From assembly GCF_004010195.1 (NCBI RefSeq), contig NC_057718.1, forward strand, positions 95,623,158 to 95,687,157: a stretch of 64,000 bases of DNA. The letters run 5' to 3'. The notes beneath the pieces are model-generated. The model saw only the letters and a list, made by a program, of their open reading frames with translations. It made no database searches and was not told the DNA's origin. Position numbers and translations under genes: made by a program. Positions 10,558 through 22,043 of the stretch are shown in pieces; position 1 is the first letter of the stretch; the number at the start of each line of letters is the position of its first letter. This stretch comes from Chiloscyllium plagiosum (Eukaryota).

Positions 10558-12471
10558 TAAAACAACTGCACTGGGGCTGGTATCCTGTCACCAAGTCACC
10601 CTGTATTTACACATGCACAGTACATGTATTCTGACCAGCCAGCTGAGAGCCAGTCCCTGGATTGAGGAGACTCTCTGATACACCTGTTCATTTCTTTTCC
10701 TTTCTCCCACACTGCTACTGTACAGCAGGAGTGCCTATGTTTCCCCACAACACCCGTGTTGTAAGTGTATATGTCCAGTGATTCAGTAACGACACAATGT
10801 GCAAATAATTTTATTTCAATATTTCCAAACACCCATGTGGCCAGTGAACCAACAACAAGCAAAGCCTGTTAAGGGCAATGCTTTCATGGAGAAAGTGAAG
10901 GGGGGCACGGGGCGGTAGGGATTAAATCAAAATAGAACTGGAGGGGTGAGATTCCTGTTCAATTTTTTTTCCAGCACCCATGTTATGTGTGTGCAGGTGT
11001 AGGACACAGTGAAGAATAAGGGAGCAAATCTTTATTTATATTCCACCAGCAGGAAGAAAGGGAACACCAGAGTGACAAGCAAAGCCCTTCTCATCAGAGG
11101 GCAATGCTGCATGATCAAAAAAGTGAAGGGGAGGGCAGGGATTAAATCAAAATAGAGTGGGAGTAGGAAATAAGACACTCCACTCCCTGAAGTGCCCACC
11201 TCTCCCTGAAAATCTTGAGTGTGTTGGTGGACACTGCGTGCTCCTTCTCCAGGGACATTCTGGGCTTGAATGTAACCTCAGAGGAGGGGCAGGCAATCAG
11301 CCATAATGACCCCCTCCACGGCCCCCTGCCTGGACTTCGAGACTCCTCATCTTTTCTTATTCTTTCTTTTCCTTTTTGTTTCAAAATAATCACAACAAAC
11401 GATAAAGGAAATCAAAAATCAAAAATGTCTACCTGAAACAAGGGCAAGAGAACAAAGCAAACTCTCCTCCTCAGTAGGAAACGCCAACAGCAGTAATAAG
11501 ATACACTGACTGTGTGGTCCAGGCAGTTCAGAGGTCAGTCCCCTCCCTAACACACAAAATGGAGAGTCCCTCACCACTGATCCAGCTCCCTCAGAGCCAG
11601 CTATCAGAGTGGACAGAACCTCTGACGTTTCTGTTTTTTAAATTCGTTTTTTTTCCCCTTTCCCCACACTACCATCTAACAGAGGTAGTGCTTATTTTTC
11701 CCCAGCTCCCATGTCATGTGTGTGCAGCTGTCGAACACAGTGAAGAACAACCAGTTACAAACAATGCCCTTCTCAAAGGGCAATGCTGTGTGATCAAACA
11801 GTGAAGGGGAGGGCAGGGATTAAATCAAAATAGAGTTGGAGGGGGAAATAATGCTCTTCACTCCCTACAGTGCCCACCTCTCCCTGAACAGCTCAAGGGT
11901 GTTGGTGGACACCGCGTGCTCCTTCTTCAGGGACACCTGGGCTCTAACATAACCACGGAGGAGGGGCAGGCAATTGGCCCTAATGACCCCCTCTACGGCC
12001 CCCTGCCTGGACCTGGAGATGCATGTTCATTTTTTTTTCCTCAGAGTCTGCTCTCAGGATGAACAGGATCTCTCACACTCCTGTTTTGTTTTTTCTTTTT
12101 CTTCTTTTTTTTCTCCAGCACTCGTGTTGTGTGTGTGCAGGTGTGAGACACAGTGAAAGACACAAGGTGAGACACATGTTCTTTTTGTTCTTATTCCCCT
12201 GACACTCCTGGTTATTTTTTTTTCTCTCTCCTTTTTCTTTTTTTTCTTCTCTTTTTTTTACCCCCACACTACCGCCTAACTGCGGTAGTGCTTATTTTTT
12301 CCACAGCACCCATGTTGTGTGTGTGCAGATGTGAGACACAGTGAAACACAAGATGAAACACATGTTCATATCTGTTAGCCAGGGCTCCCTGATTGGCCCA
12401 GGTTAACAGTCCCAGTCAGGGATCTAATACTCAGCAAGATCCACCTGACCAACCTCATTCCAATCACTGTA
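10558..12471 (-). mobile_element. Short LTR-like element (halves 10558-10691 and 12358-12471) split at its TATA box by a LINE array
   Basis: Both halves align colinearly with the uninterrupted copy 29352-29587; duplicated junction acacctgttcat 10680-10691 / acacatgttcat 12358-12369. Confidence 0.75.
10692..12357 (-). mobile_element. Head-to-tail array of five truncated Tx1/L1-like LINE ends
   Basis: Units start with poly-T at ~10692, 10962, 11637, 12087, 12215; shared 3'UTR (cagcacccatgttgtgtgtgtgcag..); units 2 and 3 encode an SLEKEHAVSTNTL..FRERWA.QGV-type peptide recalled as Tx1-clade ORF2 C-terminus. Confidence 0.7.
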
Positions 12472-12799
12472 TATCAATATCTTTGTTTGGCAAAGAGGTT
12501 CAGGGAAATGAGCTAAAGGGGGTTACAGTATATAGATTTAGGCCACAAGCTGTTGAGTGCTGGAATGAGCTTGAGGGTCTGAATGAAACACTCTTATTCC
12601 TGTGAGAATGGGAATGTACAAGAGCGTGGTGAGATGGGAGCACACCTTGAGCTTCTGCTCACTTGCTTCCTGTTGACCATTGTGACCTTGGTGATCCAGG
12701 TCACCAAGTAATAGGTAGACCCTGTGCTGCTGACCGGTTTGATGATCACTCCTGTCGAGTGCCTCACTCCCCAAACAAAGCAAATTGCATTTTTGTATC

Positions 12800-13130
12800 T
12801 TCTTTATTCATTCTCGGGATGAGGACATCGCTGGCTACACAGCATTTATTGCCCACAGGGGCAGTTGAGAGTCAACCACATTGCTATGGGTCTGGAGTCA
12901 CAAGTAGGCCATAACAGGTAAGGATTGCACATTTCCTTACCTGAAGGGCATTAATGATAGGTTTTCTGTCAACAATGGATTCATATTCATCATTAGACTC
13001 TTATTTCAGATTTTCTTTGTATTGAGTTCAAATTCCACCATCTACCATGGTGAGTTTTGAACCCATGTCCCCAGAGAATTATCTGAGTCTCTGGATTAAC
13101 AGTCCAGTGATAATAAAACTAGGCCATTAC
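12800..13130 (-). mobile_element. SINE-B
   Basis: tttattcatt..gagtcaaccacattgctatgggtctggagtcaca..aaattccaccatct shared with other copies. Confidence 0.8.
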
Positions 13131-14354
13131 AGCTCGTGGTTCCACGGCCACATGACATTAGGTGGAATGTTCCCATTTGAAGTTAAAGAAGGGAAGCAAC
13201 ATGTTAGATGCCATTGTACCTGCCGTGGTCATGGATGAGTTATCCATCCAAGTGAAAAATTGCATGTGAAGAGGGTGGCAAGTGAGTCTGGCATTCAGGT
13301 GACTGTCTCAGTTGGGCAGCAGTGCCACAGAAGAAGAGTCAGCCTCAGCCACTTCGTGGGAGATAGATGCAGATCTGTGAGAAAGGTCAGACACATTTTG
13401 TATATAATGTGTTATTGAAGGCATGCCTGAGCCCTGAGATCCTGACATCCTTTGCAGTAAAGTTTAATGTTATGCTCACAGAGGGGAGTGCTTCTAAATG
13501 ACTGTTATGCATTAATAAAGGATGTGGAGTGCTGTATAACATTGTTTAGCCCCTGCATATATTACCTCTTTATGTGATGCAGCTGCCAGGAGCCATCTCC
13601 ACCCCTCCTGAAAATGCCCCACACCCAGCATTTCACCTCACTCGTAAAAACATTGCAGGCTTACTGTATTAGTCAGGGAATGGCAGCTGTAATGTAGAGG
13701 CTTCAAATCCTTAGGATTCTGTGGCTTTGGCCTTTTGAGAATATGCTGCCGTATTGCCAAGTGATTTGATACATTTAGAACTATTGAACTGATAGATCAC
13801 AAAGTGTCAGTCAGGGGCACAACACACTTCTATTAAAGACTTCTTCATGACTGGAGGTCTGCATTAAATTGTTTGAAGAATGTTGATGTCTAATTTGAAA
13901 GGCAAGTAGCTATGTTTAATCACTTATATAATTATGAATGCATTGGTCCCTTAGAAGAGCTCAGATTGCAGCCCATCCCTTTTGAAAAACACAATGCTTA
14001 CATTTCCTACTTTGCAAGTGGTTTGTTTCAATTTCAGACCTTACTATGCAGTTGATTTCTGGAACAATATGCTGAGGCTCCAACTTTGGGGGTGCGTGTG
14101 TGCCCTATTGGCTCTGCCTGTGACCCATGTTACACTCGTTCAGCATCTTCCTCTTTCCATTACTATCTCTATGACTCCAATAACCCTTCCCTTGCCCTGT
14201 TTCGGTTGAGTCCCTTTGCACTGCTATTAATGTGTCCAGTTTTCCCCTACCCCTGAATGCTTTTGAGGATCCTAAGACCTTGCTGGCCCTGCATCCCTCA
14301 CCAATTCAAGGCCAGGGTGGCCATGACTTGCCTTGATCTCCCCTTATGTAGAAA

Positions 14355-14664
14355 CAATGCAGAAGCTGCAAACCAGAGTCTAGATTAGAGTGGTGCTGGA
14401 AAAGCACAGCAGTTCAGGCAGCATCCGAGGTGCAGTAAAATCGACGTTTCGGGCAAATGCCCTTCATCAGGAACACAGGCAGAGAGCCTGAAGGGTGGAG
14501 AGATAAGTGAGAGGAGGGTGGGGGTGGGCATAAAATAGCATAGGGTACAATAGGTGAGTGGGGGAGGGGATGAAGGTAATAGGTTAGGGGGGAGGGTGGA
14601 GTGGATAGGTGGAAAAGAAGATAGGCAGGTAGGACAAGTCATGGGGACAGTGCTGAGCTGGAAG
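14355..14664 (-). mobile_element. Penelope-like P1 3' terminal fragment (ends at 10-N gap 14665-14674)
   Basis: Near-identical to 54205-54520 and 36530-36805. Confidence 0.85.
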
Positions 14665-15228
14665 NNNNNNNNNNGTAGTTTGCAGTTTGTATCCATGTAG
14701 TGCAGGTGAACCCACAATACTGTTAAGGAGGGAGTTCCAGAATTTGACCCAGCGACCAGGTTTCCAAGTCAGGATCATTGGTGGCTTGGAGAGGAACTTG
14801 CAGGTTGCGGTGTTCCCAGGTGAACTGAAACCAAGAGGTCATTTATAAGTGAAGCTGATTGGTGTGGACTAATGGGCAGTTATCAATGACCGAGGTCCTT
14901 TGCCAGCCAACAACTGTATGATTGGTCATCAACTAGCTGAACAGCTCGGGCTGCAAAGCAAGACAGAGAGAAGCTAGTTCAGACCAGAAGGGAAAGTAAG
15001 AGGTATGTATCAGCCAAAAACACTCTCTCTCAGTTCTGTCCAGTAAACCACTTTAAACTCAAGAGAAAACCAACCTATCTTTCCTTTAGCAGATGATACA
15101 AGTTGTGATTTTGAATTGGATAAGTAGAGACCTTTCACAGGTAAGCCAGCTCCCCCCCCCCCTACCCCCATTCCTCCCCACCCCTGTCTCTTGCAAACCA
15201 GTGGAAACTTTCAGAAAAAGGGAGAACT

Positions 15229-15451
15229 AACCCAAATGGATCTGTGGAACAAAGACCACAAACTGTTTTTCCAGTTTTCTGTCCACCACATGTTTTTTTA
15301 TCTGCTTTATGATTGTCTGTGTATAAAAGAATGAGTTTAAACCCAAATGGATCTGTGGAACAAAGACCATCAAACTGTTTTTCCAGTTTTCTGTCCACCA
15401 CATGTTTTTTTATCTGCTTTATGATTGTCAGTGTATAAAAGAATGAGTTTA
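15229..15451. repeat. Tandem duplication, 2 x ~111 bp
   Basis: aacccaaatggatctgtggaacaaagacca...gaatgagttta starts at 15229 and 15340. Confidence 0.9.
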
Positions 15452-15989
15452 TTAGGTTTTACAGTTTTAATCTGTAAAGTTTACTTAGTTTGTTTACCCG
15501 TAGCTAAAACTGCCATAAGTAATGACCCTTGTTGAGTATAGGCAAGTGATCTATTTGTCCTACCCCCAGGGTCTGAAAATCAGGTAGTTTGAGGTTTTTG
15601 CGTATTTCATTTGAAAACTTTAATATTTTGTGATGACTATGGGAATCATGGGGCATTGAAGTATGCTACTTCAATGAATCATGACAGTAGGCAATGAGAA
15701 GAGTGTGTGAAAATGGTGTGAGAAATCATACTGGGCCTAATGGAGAGAAGACCTCCAGGAAACTCAGCTAAATTGAACATTTTGGCTGAATTTAACCAAA
15801 ACTTGGGCAAGGGCAGGAGAGTGCCACTAAGGCATAATGCTCATTGGATAGCTGGTGCAGACACAATGGGTCCAATGGGGTCCCTCTGTACCATACACCT
15901 GTATTGCTGTGGTTCATTGTTGATAGGCAGAGGAGGAGATTATTTTGCATCGATTAAGCCGTTAACCTCCAGCCGTGCAATCGTTTTCA

Positions 15990-17170
15990 ATCTAAGCTAT
16001 GAGGAAAGATTGGATAGGCTGGGGTTGTTGAGCAGTGAAAATTGATAGGGGACTTGATAGAGGTGTGTTAGATTGAAGGACATAGATAGGGCAGGTGGGA
16101 AGGTGCACTTTCCATTGTTAGAGGGGTCAATAACCAGGGTGCGTAGTTTTCAGATTAAGAGATAGAAGGCTAAGTGGAGAACTGATGGGAATGTTTTTAT
16201 CACCCACACGGTGAGAGGTGGGAGTCTGGAACTCACTGCCTGAAAGGGTGGTGAAATCAGAGACTCTTGTAACATGGAGACAACATTTAGATATTGACTT
16301 GTGTTGCCATAGTCTCCAACGCTCTGGGCCAAAAACTGGAAAATTGAATTGATGGGCCAGTGGGCTGAGGAGTGGCAGATGGAGTTTATTTTAGATAAAT
16401 GCAAGGTGCTGCATTTTGGGAAAGCAAATCTTAGCAGGACTTATACACTTAATGGTAAGGTCCTAGGGAATGTTGCTGCACAAAGAGACCTTGGAGTGCA
16501 GGTTCATAGCTCCTTGAAAGTGGAGTCGTAGGTAGATTGGATAGTGAACAAGGCGTTTGGTATGCTTTCCATTATCAGTCAGAGTATTGAGTACAGGAGA
16601 TGGGAGGTCATGTTGCGGCTGTACAGGGCATTGGTTAGGCCACTTTTGGAACAATGCATGCAGTTCTGGTCTCCTTCCTATTGGAAAGATGTTGTGAAAC
16701 TTGAAAGGGTTCAGAAAAGATTTACAAGGATTTACAGAAAAGACTTACAAGATCCCCAGCTTGAATAAGCTGTGGCTATTTTCCCTGGAATGTCAGAGGC
16801 TAAGGGGTGACCTTATAGAAATTTATAAAACCATGAAGGGCATGGATAGGATAAATAGACAAAGTCTTTTCCCTGGGGTGGCGAAGTACAGAACTCTAGG
16901 TTTAGGGTAAGAGAGGAAAGATATAAAAGAGACCTACGGGGCAACGTTTTCATACAGAGGATGGTACGTGTGTGGAATGAGGTGCCAGAAAAAGTGGTGG
17001 CAGCTAGTTCAATTGCAAAACTTAAAAGGTGGGTATATGAATAGGAAGGGTTTGGAGGGATATGGGGCGGGTGCAGACAAATGGGACTGGATTGAGTTGG
17101 GATATCTGGTCGACATGGACGGGTTGGACGCAAAGGTCTGTTCCCGTGCTGTACATCTCTATGACTCTAG
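15990..17170 (+). mobile_element. Two adjacent CR1/HER1 LINE 3' fragments (older 15990-16345, younger 16349-17170)
   Basis: SYEERLDRLGL; WAEEWQMEF, LYRALVRPLLE; tail ctctatgactcta. Confidence 0.9.
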
Positions 17171-17939
17171 TATAGTCAGACCTTTGTCAGCCGGCACAGA
17201 CATAATGAGCCAAATGGCCGCCTCCTCTGTGTAGATGTCTATGACACAAACAGTAGCTACTCTAACAAACACATATTCGTATAACTGCAGCAGTGTCATT
17301 ATCTAACATCTTATTATGTAGCTCTGAGTTAGGTAAATTGAGCATGAATTGGAATTATGGGCTATAACAGTCTGTGTGATTAGGGAATTGTGCACAAGTT
17401 AGGCAAATATTAGTGTTGGAAAATCAAATTAGTTAATTTCATTACATTACTCCCAGTTGTGTTTGAAGTAGTCTATCTTATCTGAAAGTTACATTGAACA
17501 GTGAGTAAGCAATCTGTAATCCAAATGAGTTTTTAAATCCAGTAAATAGGCATGCACTTTTAAAACACAAAGCTGCCGAATTTCTGTGAAAGTTCCATTA
17601 ATTCTCTTCCAATGTCAAGAGTTCTTTGTTAGCTTCACAGTGGGTGGAATATGTAGGTTTTCACTTATAAGACTGGAGAGGTGCTATTGGAGGAATCGAC
17701 AGGGTCATTAGCATTTCTAATCTATTGAGTGTAATACTGGGGACCAACAAGACATCATTATCATGTTGGCCTCACAGTCAGACATGAGAATGTCTTGTCA
17801 GAGGATCCAGCTGGATGCCTGAAGAAAGTTTAGTGCATTTTCTTTTTTGAAGAAAATGGTTTTCTTGTGGAGGCAGCTGTAGGTAGCTGGAAGGGTCTTG
17901 TGGAGGGATATGTCAGTCCTGAGATACTTCCTGACTGTG

Positions 17940-18620
17940 TTATTGGGTTGTGATGCTTTGGAATTTCCTTCCTCAAAAGGCATACAATGCAGAATCTTTT
18001 TTAATAGTTTAAAGGCGGAGGTAGATAGATTCTTTAGGAGACAGTCAGGTCTTTTAAAGGCGGAGGTAGATAGATTCTTTAGGAGACAGTCAGGTCTGCA
18101 GATGCTGGAGATCAGAGTCAAGAGTGTATTGCTGGAAAAGCACAGCAGGTCAGGCAGTTGGAGAGGAGAGTGGAGCAGATAAGTGGGAAGGAAGATTGGC
18201 AGGTGGGACAGGTCATGAGGGCAGTGCTGAACTGGAAGTTTGGAACTGGGATAAGGTGGGAGGAAGGGAAATGAGGAAACTGGTGAAGCCCACATTGATG
18301 CCCTGGGGTTGAAGGGTCCTGAGGCGGAAGATAAGGCATTCTTCCTCCAGGCGTCGGGTGGTGAGGGAGTGGGGATGGAGGAGGCCCAGGACCTGCATGT
18401 CCTCGGTAGAGTGGGAGGGGAGTTAATATGTTCACCCACGGGGTGATGGGGTTGGTTGGTGTGGGTATCCCAGAGATGTTCTCTAAAGTGCTCTTGACTA
18501 CCCAAGAAGATGAAGGATTATCAGGGATATGCAGAAACGTAGACTTGAGGTTAAAATCAAATTGACCATGATCTAATGAATGGCAGAGCAAGCTGATAAC
18601 AGCTGAGCGGCCTTATCTTG
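17940..18620 (+). mobile_element. CR1 3' fragment with 45-bp tandem duplication (18008-18097) and nested P1 Penelope fragment (~18096-18495, minus)
   Basis: tttaaaggcggaggtagatagattctttaggagacagtcaggtct x2; nested piece encodes MQVLGLL..RRLEEECLIFRLRTLQPQGIN (PLE GIY-YIG C-terminus). Confidence 0.75.
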
Positions 18621-18924
18621 TTTCTTGTACACATTTGTATGTTGTGACTTCCTCATAATACCACAAATAGTTGCTGCTGGAAGCGCTGGCTGGAATTATC
18701 CAAACATAGCTTCCAGAGCCATGGCTTCTGAACTCTCAAAGCCCTTGTACACTCTAATAAAAGAACATCATTTAGTAAGTTTGGAATTGTTACTCTGCTC
18801 GAGCCAAGTTGGGAGAAGCCAGTGTTTTCTTGAATCACATGTAATGACGTGTTTTCCTTATACACCATTGGGTAGTGACCATGATTTTTACTTTTGGGAT
18901 GTGGACTTTACTTTTTGTCAAGGA

Positions 18925-19600
18925 CAGCACTTATTGGTCAGCTTTAATTGGCCATGAGGAAGTGCAGGTGAGCTCACTTCGTGATATGACTGAGTGACCA
19001 GCTCAGCTATTTCAGCAGGCGATTGAGAGACAACCATCTTGCTGTGAGTCTGGAATCCCATATCTAGGCCCGACCAGGTATGGCTGACAGGTTTCCTTCC
19101 CTAAAGGATATGAGTGAACCAGTTAGACTTTTACAGCAATCAGTAATTGTTTCTTAGAATCCCTATAGTGTGGGAGCAGGCACATCGAATCAACACTGAC
19201 CCTCCAAAGACCATCCCACCAAGACTTGCCCCACAGCCCTATCACCGTAACCCTACATCTCCCATGGATAGTTCGCCTAGACTGCATGTCCCTGGACACT
19301 ATGAGCAACTTAGCACAGCCAATCCGCCTAACCTGCACATTTTTGACAGTGGGAGGAAACCCATGCAGACACAGGAGGAATATGCAAATTCCAAACAGAC
19401 AGACACCTGTGAGTGGAATTGAACCCAGATCTCTGGTGCTGTGAGACAGCAGTACTAACCACTAAGCCACTGTGCCACCATGCCATGGTCACCATTATTG
19501 CCACTAGCTTTGTATTCCAGATGTAGTTAATTAAAGTTAAATTTCCCAGCTGTAGTAGTGTGATTTGAACTCATGCTTCTGGATTGAAATCAATACAATT
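18925..19600 (-). mobile_element. SINE-B with nested HE1 SINE (~19155-19480, minus)
   Basis: SINE-B motifs either side; HE1 head cagcagtactaaccactaagccactgtgcc. Confidence 0.8.
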
Positions 19601-21112
19601 ACTATACTAGCGTATCCCATGCTTCAATTCAATTTTAATTGAAAATCTAAGGAATCATTTTATAGGACTGCCCTTTCTTGCATGTGGTCTTTAAGAAAAC
19701 CAAATCTTGCATCATATTCTTTGTTCTGAACCATGCCCATAGTAACTTCCCAAATGAAATGAAGAGAACCTGCTCAAAAGTTGATGTATCTCCAATCAAG
19801 AGTGCGTCAGTACTTGCTCCAGAGCAAGTTGTTGCTCCACCTTATCTACATTTTTTAGTGCATTAGAAAATTGGCAGTCAGTGACAACAGTAAACAGTGT
19901 CTTCTGTTTATCTTGGAGGTTTGGTTAAAAAAAATAAGATTAGCTTGTACTAAAGAAAGTCATTTGTAAAGCCCAAGTTACACTCGCAAGCAGCAGTTAG
20001 ATCATGTCTGCAGATATCCAAAATCCAAATACATAGGCAAACATAGGAAACTCTCAAACAATTCCCCCTAGCAAAGATCCCCCCCCATTTTAAAATGTAT
20101 CGACTCTGGAATATTGACAGATCAGGTACACAATAGACTAAATATTTGCCAAATTCCTGATGTGATGCCCATCTGCATTTTGTCCCAGCCCCCTCACATT
20201 CTTCTGTCTCTACCTGGCATACCCAGTCAGTATCATATTGCGTGTCAGCATGTTATTTGAAAAAAATAACAAGTTTTTTTTAAGAGCAAGTTTTTGCTAT
20301 GTTGTTATCTAACAGATAGCCAGCCACAGGAAATCCTATTCAGTTTGACAACTAAATAAATGTAAATGCATTAGAACGTGTAATGAACTTTCGAGCAAAT
20401 CGCTATAAACATATTTTAAACACACTGCCTTCAGTCTGCAAGTGCTTTTTTTTGAAGGGTGCTTAACTTGTTTGTGAAATGTAATGTAAGGTCATTGCAA
20501 ATGAGCCTCTGATGCCCTCAAGTGGTGTGGTTAAGCAGGCAGCTCATGCTAATTTACTTCCCTGTTAATTAGGTAAACAGAAAGAGAAGAGGGAAACGAG
20601 AAATTGTGTAATATGTGCAGCCTTTTGGTATGTGGAAAATCAATATGATTTAGGTTAGCTGTGAATTGTTTAAGACCTTGATATTAAACACTTGTGGTTT
20701 ATTACAACTCTCATGACTCCTCTATAGTGGAACAAATTCCAATCCATCAACAAATATACCCTGTGGCTCTATCTGAGGAGCAAGGTACAAACCATTTGAG
20801 CTTGCAGAGCTGTATACCTGGGAGTACTTCCATCACTTGGTATTACAACTAGACCACGGGCAATGTACCCCAGTTTGTTATAGTTTCAGACAGAAAGCCT
20901 CTAATTTGTTAAGCTCATGGGTGAGGAGAGATTAACTCACTATCCTCGGTTTGTTTGCAACAAGGTTAATTTAGAAAGAATCCCTTCCCTTGTGAATATC
21001 TTCCTCCCAAGTACAAATGAACTGGAGTTTTAAAAGGAGTCAATTTAGCCAGGTCTCCTTAAATACGCAAAAGGAGTGAGTTTATTAGTTACTAGATGCA
21101 AAAAGAAACAGT

Positions 21113-21446
21113 TAACACCAGGTTATAGTCCAACAAGTTTATTTGGAAGCACTAGATTTCAAAGCACTGCTTCTTCATCAAGTGGTTGTGAAGCAGGATC
21201 AAAAGACACAGAAATTTTAGCAAAATATTAGAGTGTCATAAAATGATAAACCTAGATTTCAGCTGCATGATGCTGTAACCTTTGGCTATAAATTCTGTGT
21301 CTTATGGTCCTGCTTCACAACCACCTGATGAAGGAGCAGCACTCCGAAAGCTAGTGCTTCCAATTAAACCTGTTGGACTATAACCTGGTGGTGTGTGATT
21401 TTTAACTTTGTCCACCCCAGTCCAACACCGGCTCCTCCACATCAAG
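21113..21446. mobile_element. Penelope-like P2 fold-back mini-element
   Basis: Inverted arms; TSD aagaaacagt 21103-21112 and 21447-21456. Confidence 0.85.
21322..21356 (+). ncRNA. Minimal type I hammerhead ribozyme motif (P2)
   Basis: CAC-CTGATGA-A-GGAG(cagca)CTCC-GAAA-GCT-A-GTG: stem I CAC/GTG, stem II GGAG/CTCC, palindromic AGCT stem III, predicted cut after 21353. Confidence 0.7.
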
Positions 21447-21603
21447 AAGAAACAGTAATAGAACACAAATGCACACAGATTAGAAATAAGAAGTCAATCC
21501 AAAAAAGGTAACAGTAAAATACATTTATCAGTCTCTTAATTGTTGGTGAAGGGAAGATACAAAGATGTTGCAGCCATTAGAGAATGACACCAGTAGTGCT
21601 GAC

Positions 21604-22043
21604 TTTAGTGATTGTAACAAGGTCAGACAGCTGGAACTCATAGAATGAGTTCCCTAATTGGACTAGACTAACAGCCTCAATCAGGGAATCCTGGCTGACA
21701 GATATAAACAGGATTAGAGTAGTGCTGGAAAAGCACAGCAGGTGAGGCAGCATCCGAGGAGCAGGAAAATTGATGTTCCTGATGAAGGGCTTTTGGCCGA
21801 AACGTCGATCTGCTTGGATGCTGCCTGATCTGCTGTGCTTTTCCAGCACCACTCTAATCTGGACTCTAATCTCCAGCACCTGCAGTACCCACTTCGGCCT
21901 AAATATAAACAGGAGTCTCAGGGGCTCTGTTCACTCTGAGGGTTGGCTGTGAGGGAGATGGATCAATGTCAAGGACCTTCCAGGCATAAATAATGATTGT
22001 AAATAAAGGGTGACGGGATGCCAGCCTCTGAGGAGCTTTTTCA
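21604..22043 (+). mobile_element. Short LTR-like element with P1 fold-back inserted at the TATA box
   Basis: tttagtg...caatcaggg...gatataaacagga...aaataaa...tttca; flanks ctgac/gtgac; homologous to 29352-29587. Confidence 0.7.
21714..21902. mobile_element. Penelope-like P1 fold-back mini-element
   Basis: Inverted arms; TSD atataaacagga 21702-21713 and 21903-21914. Confidence 0.85.
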
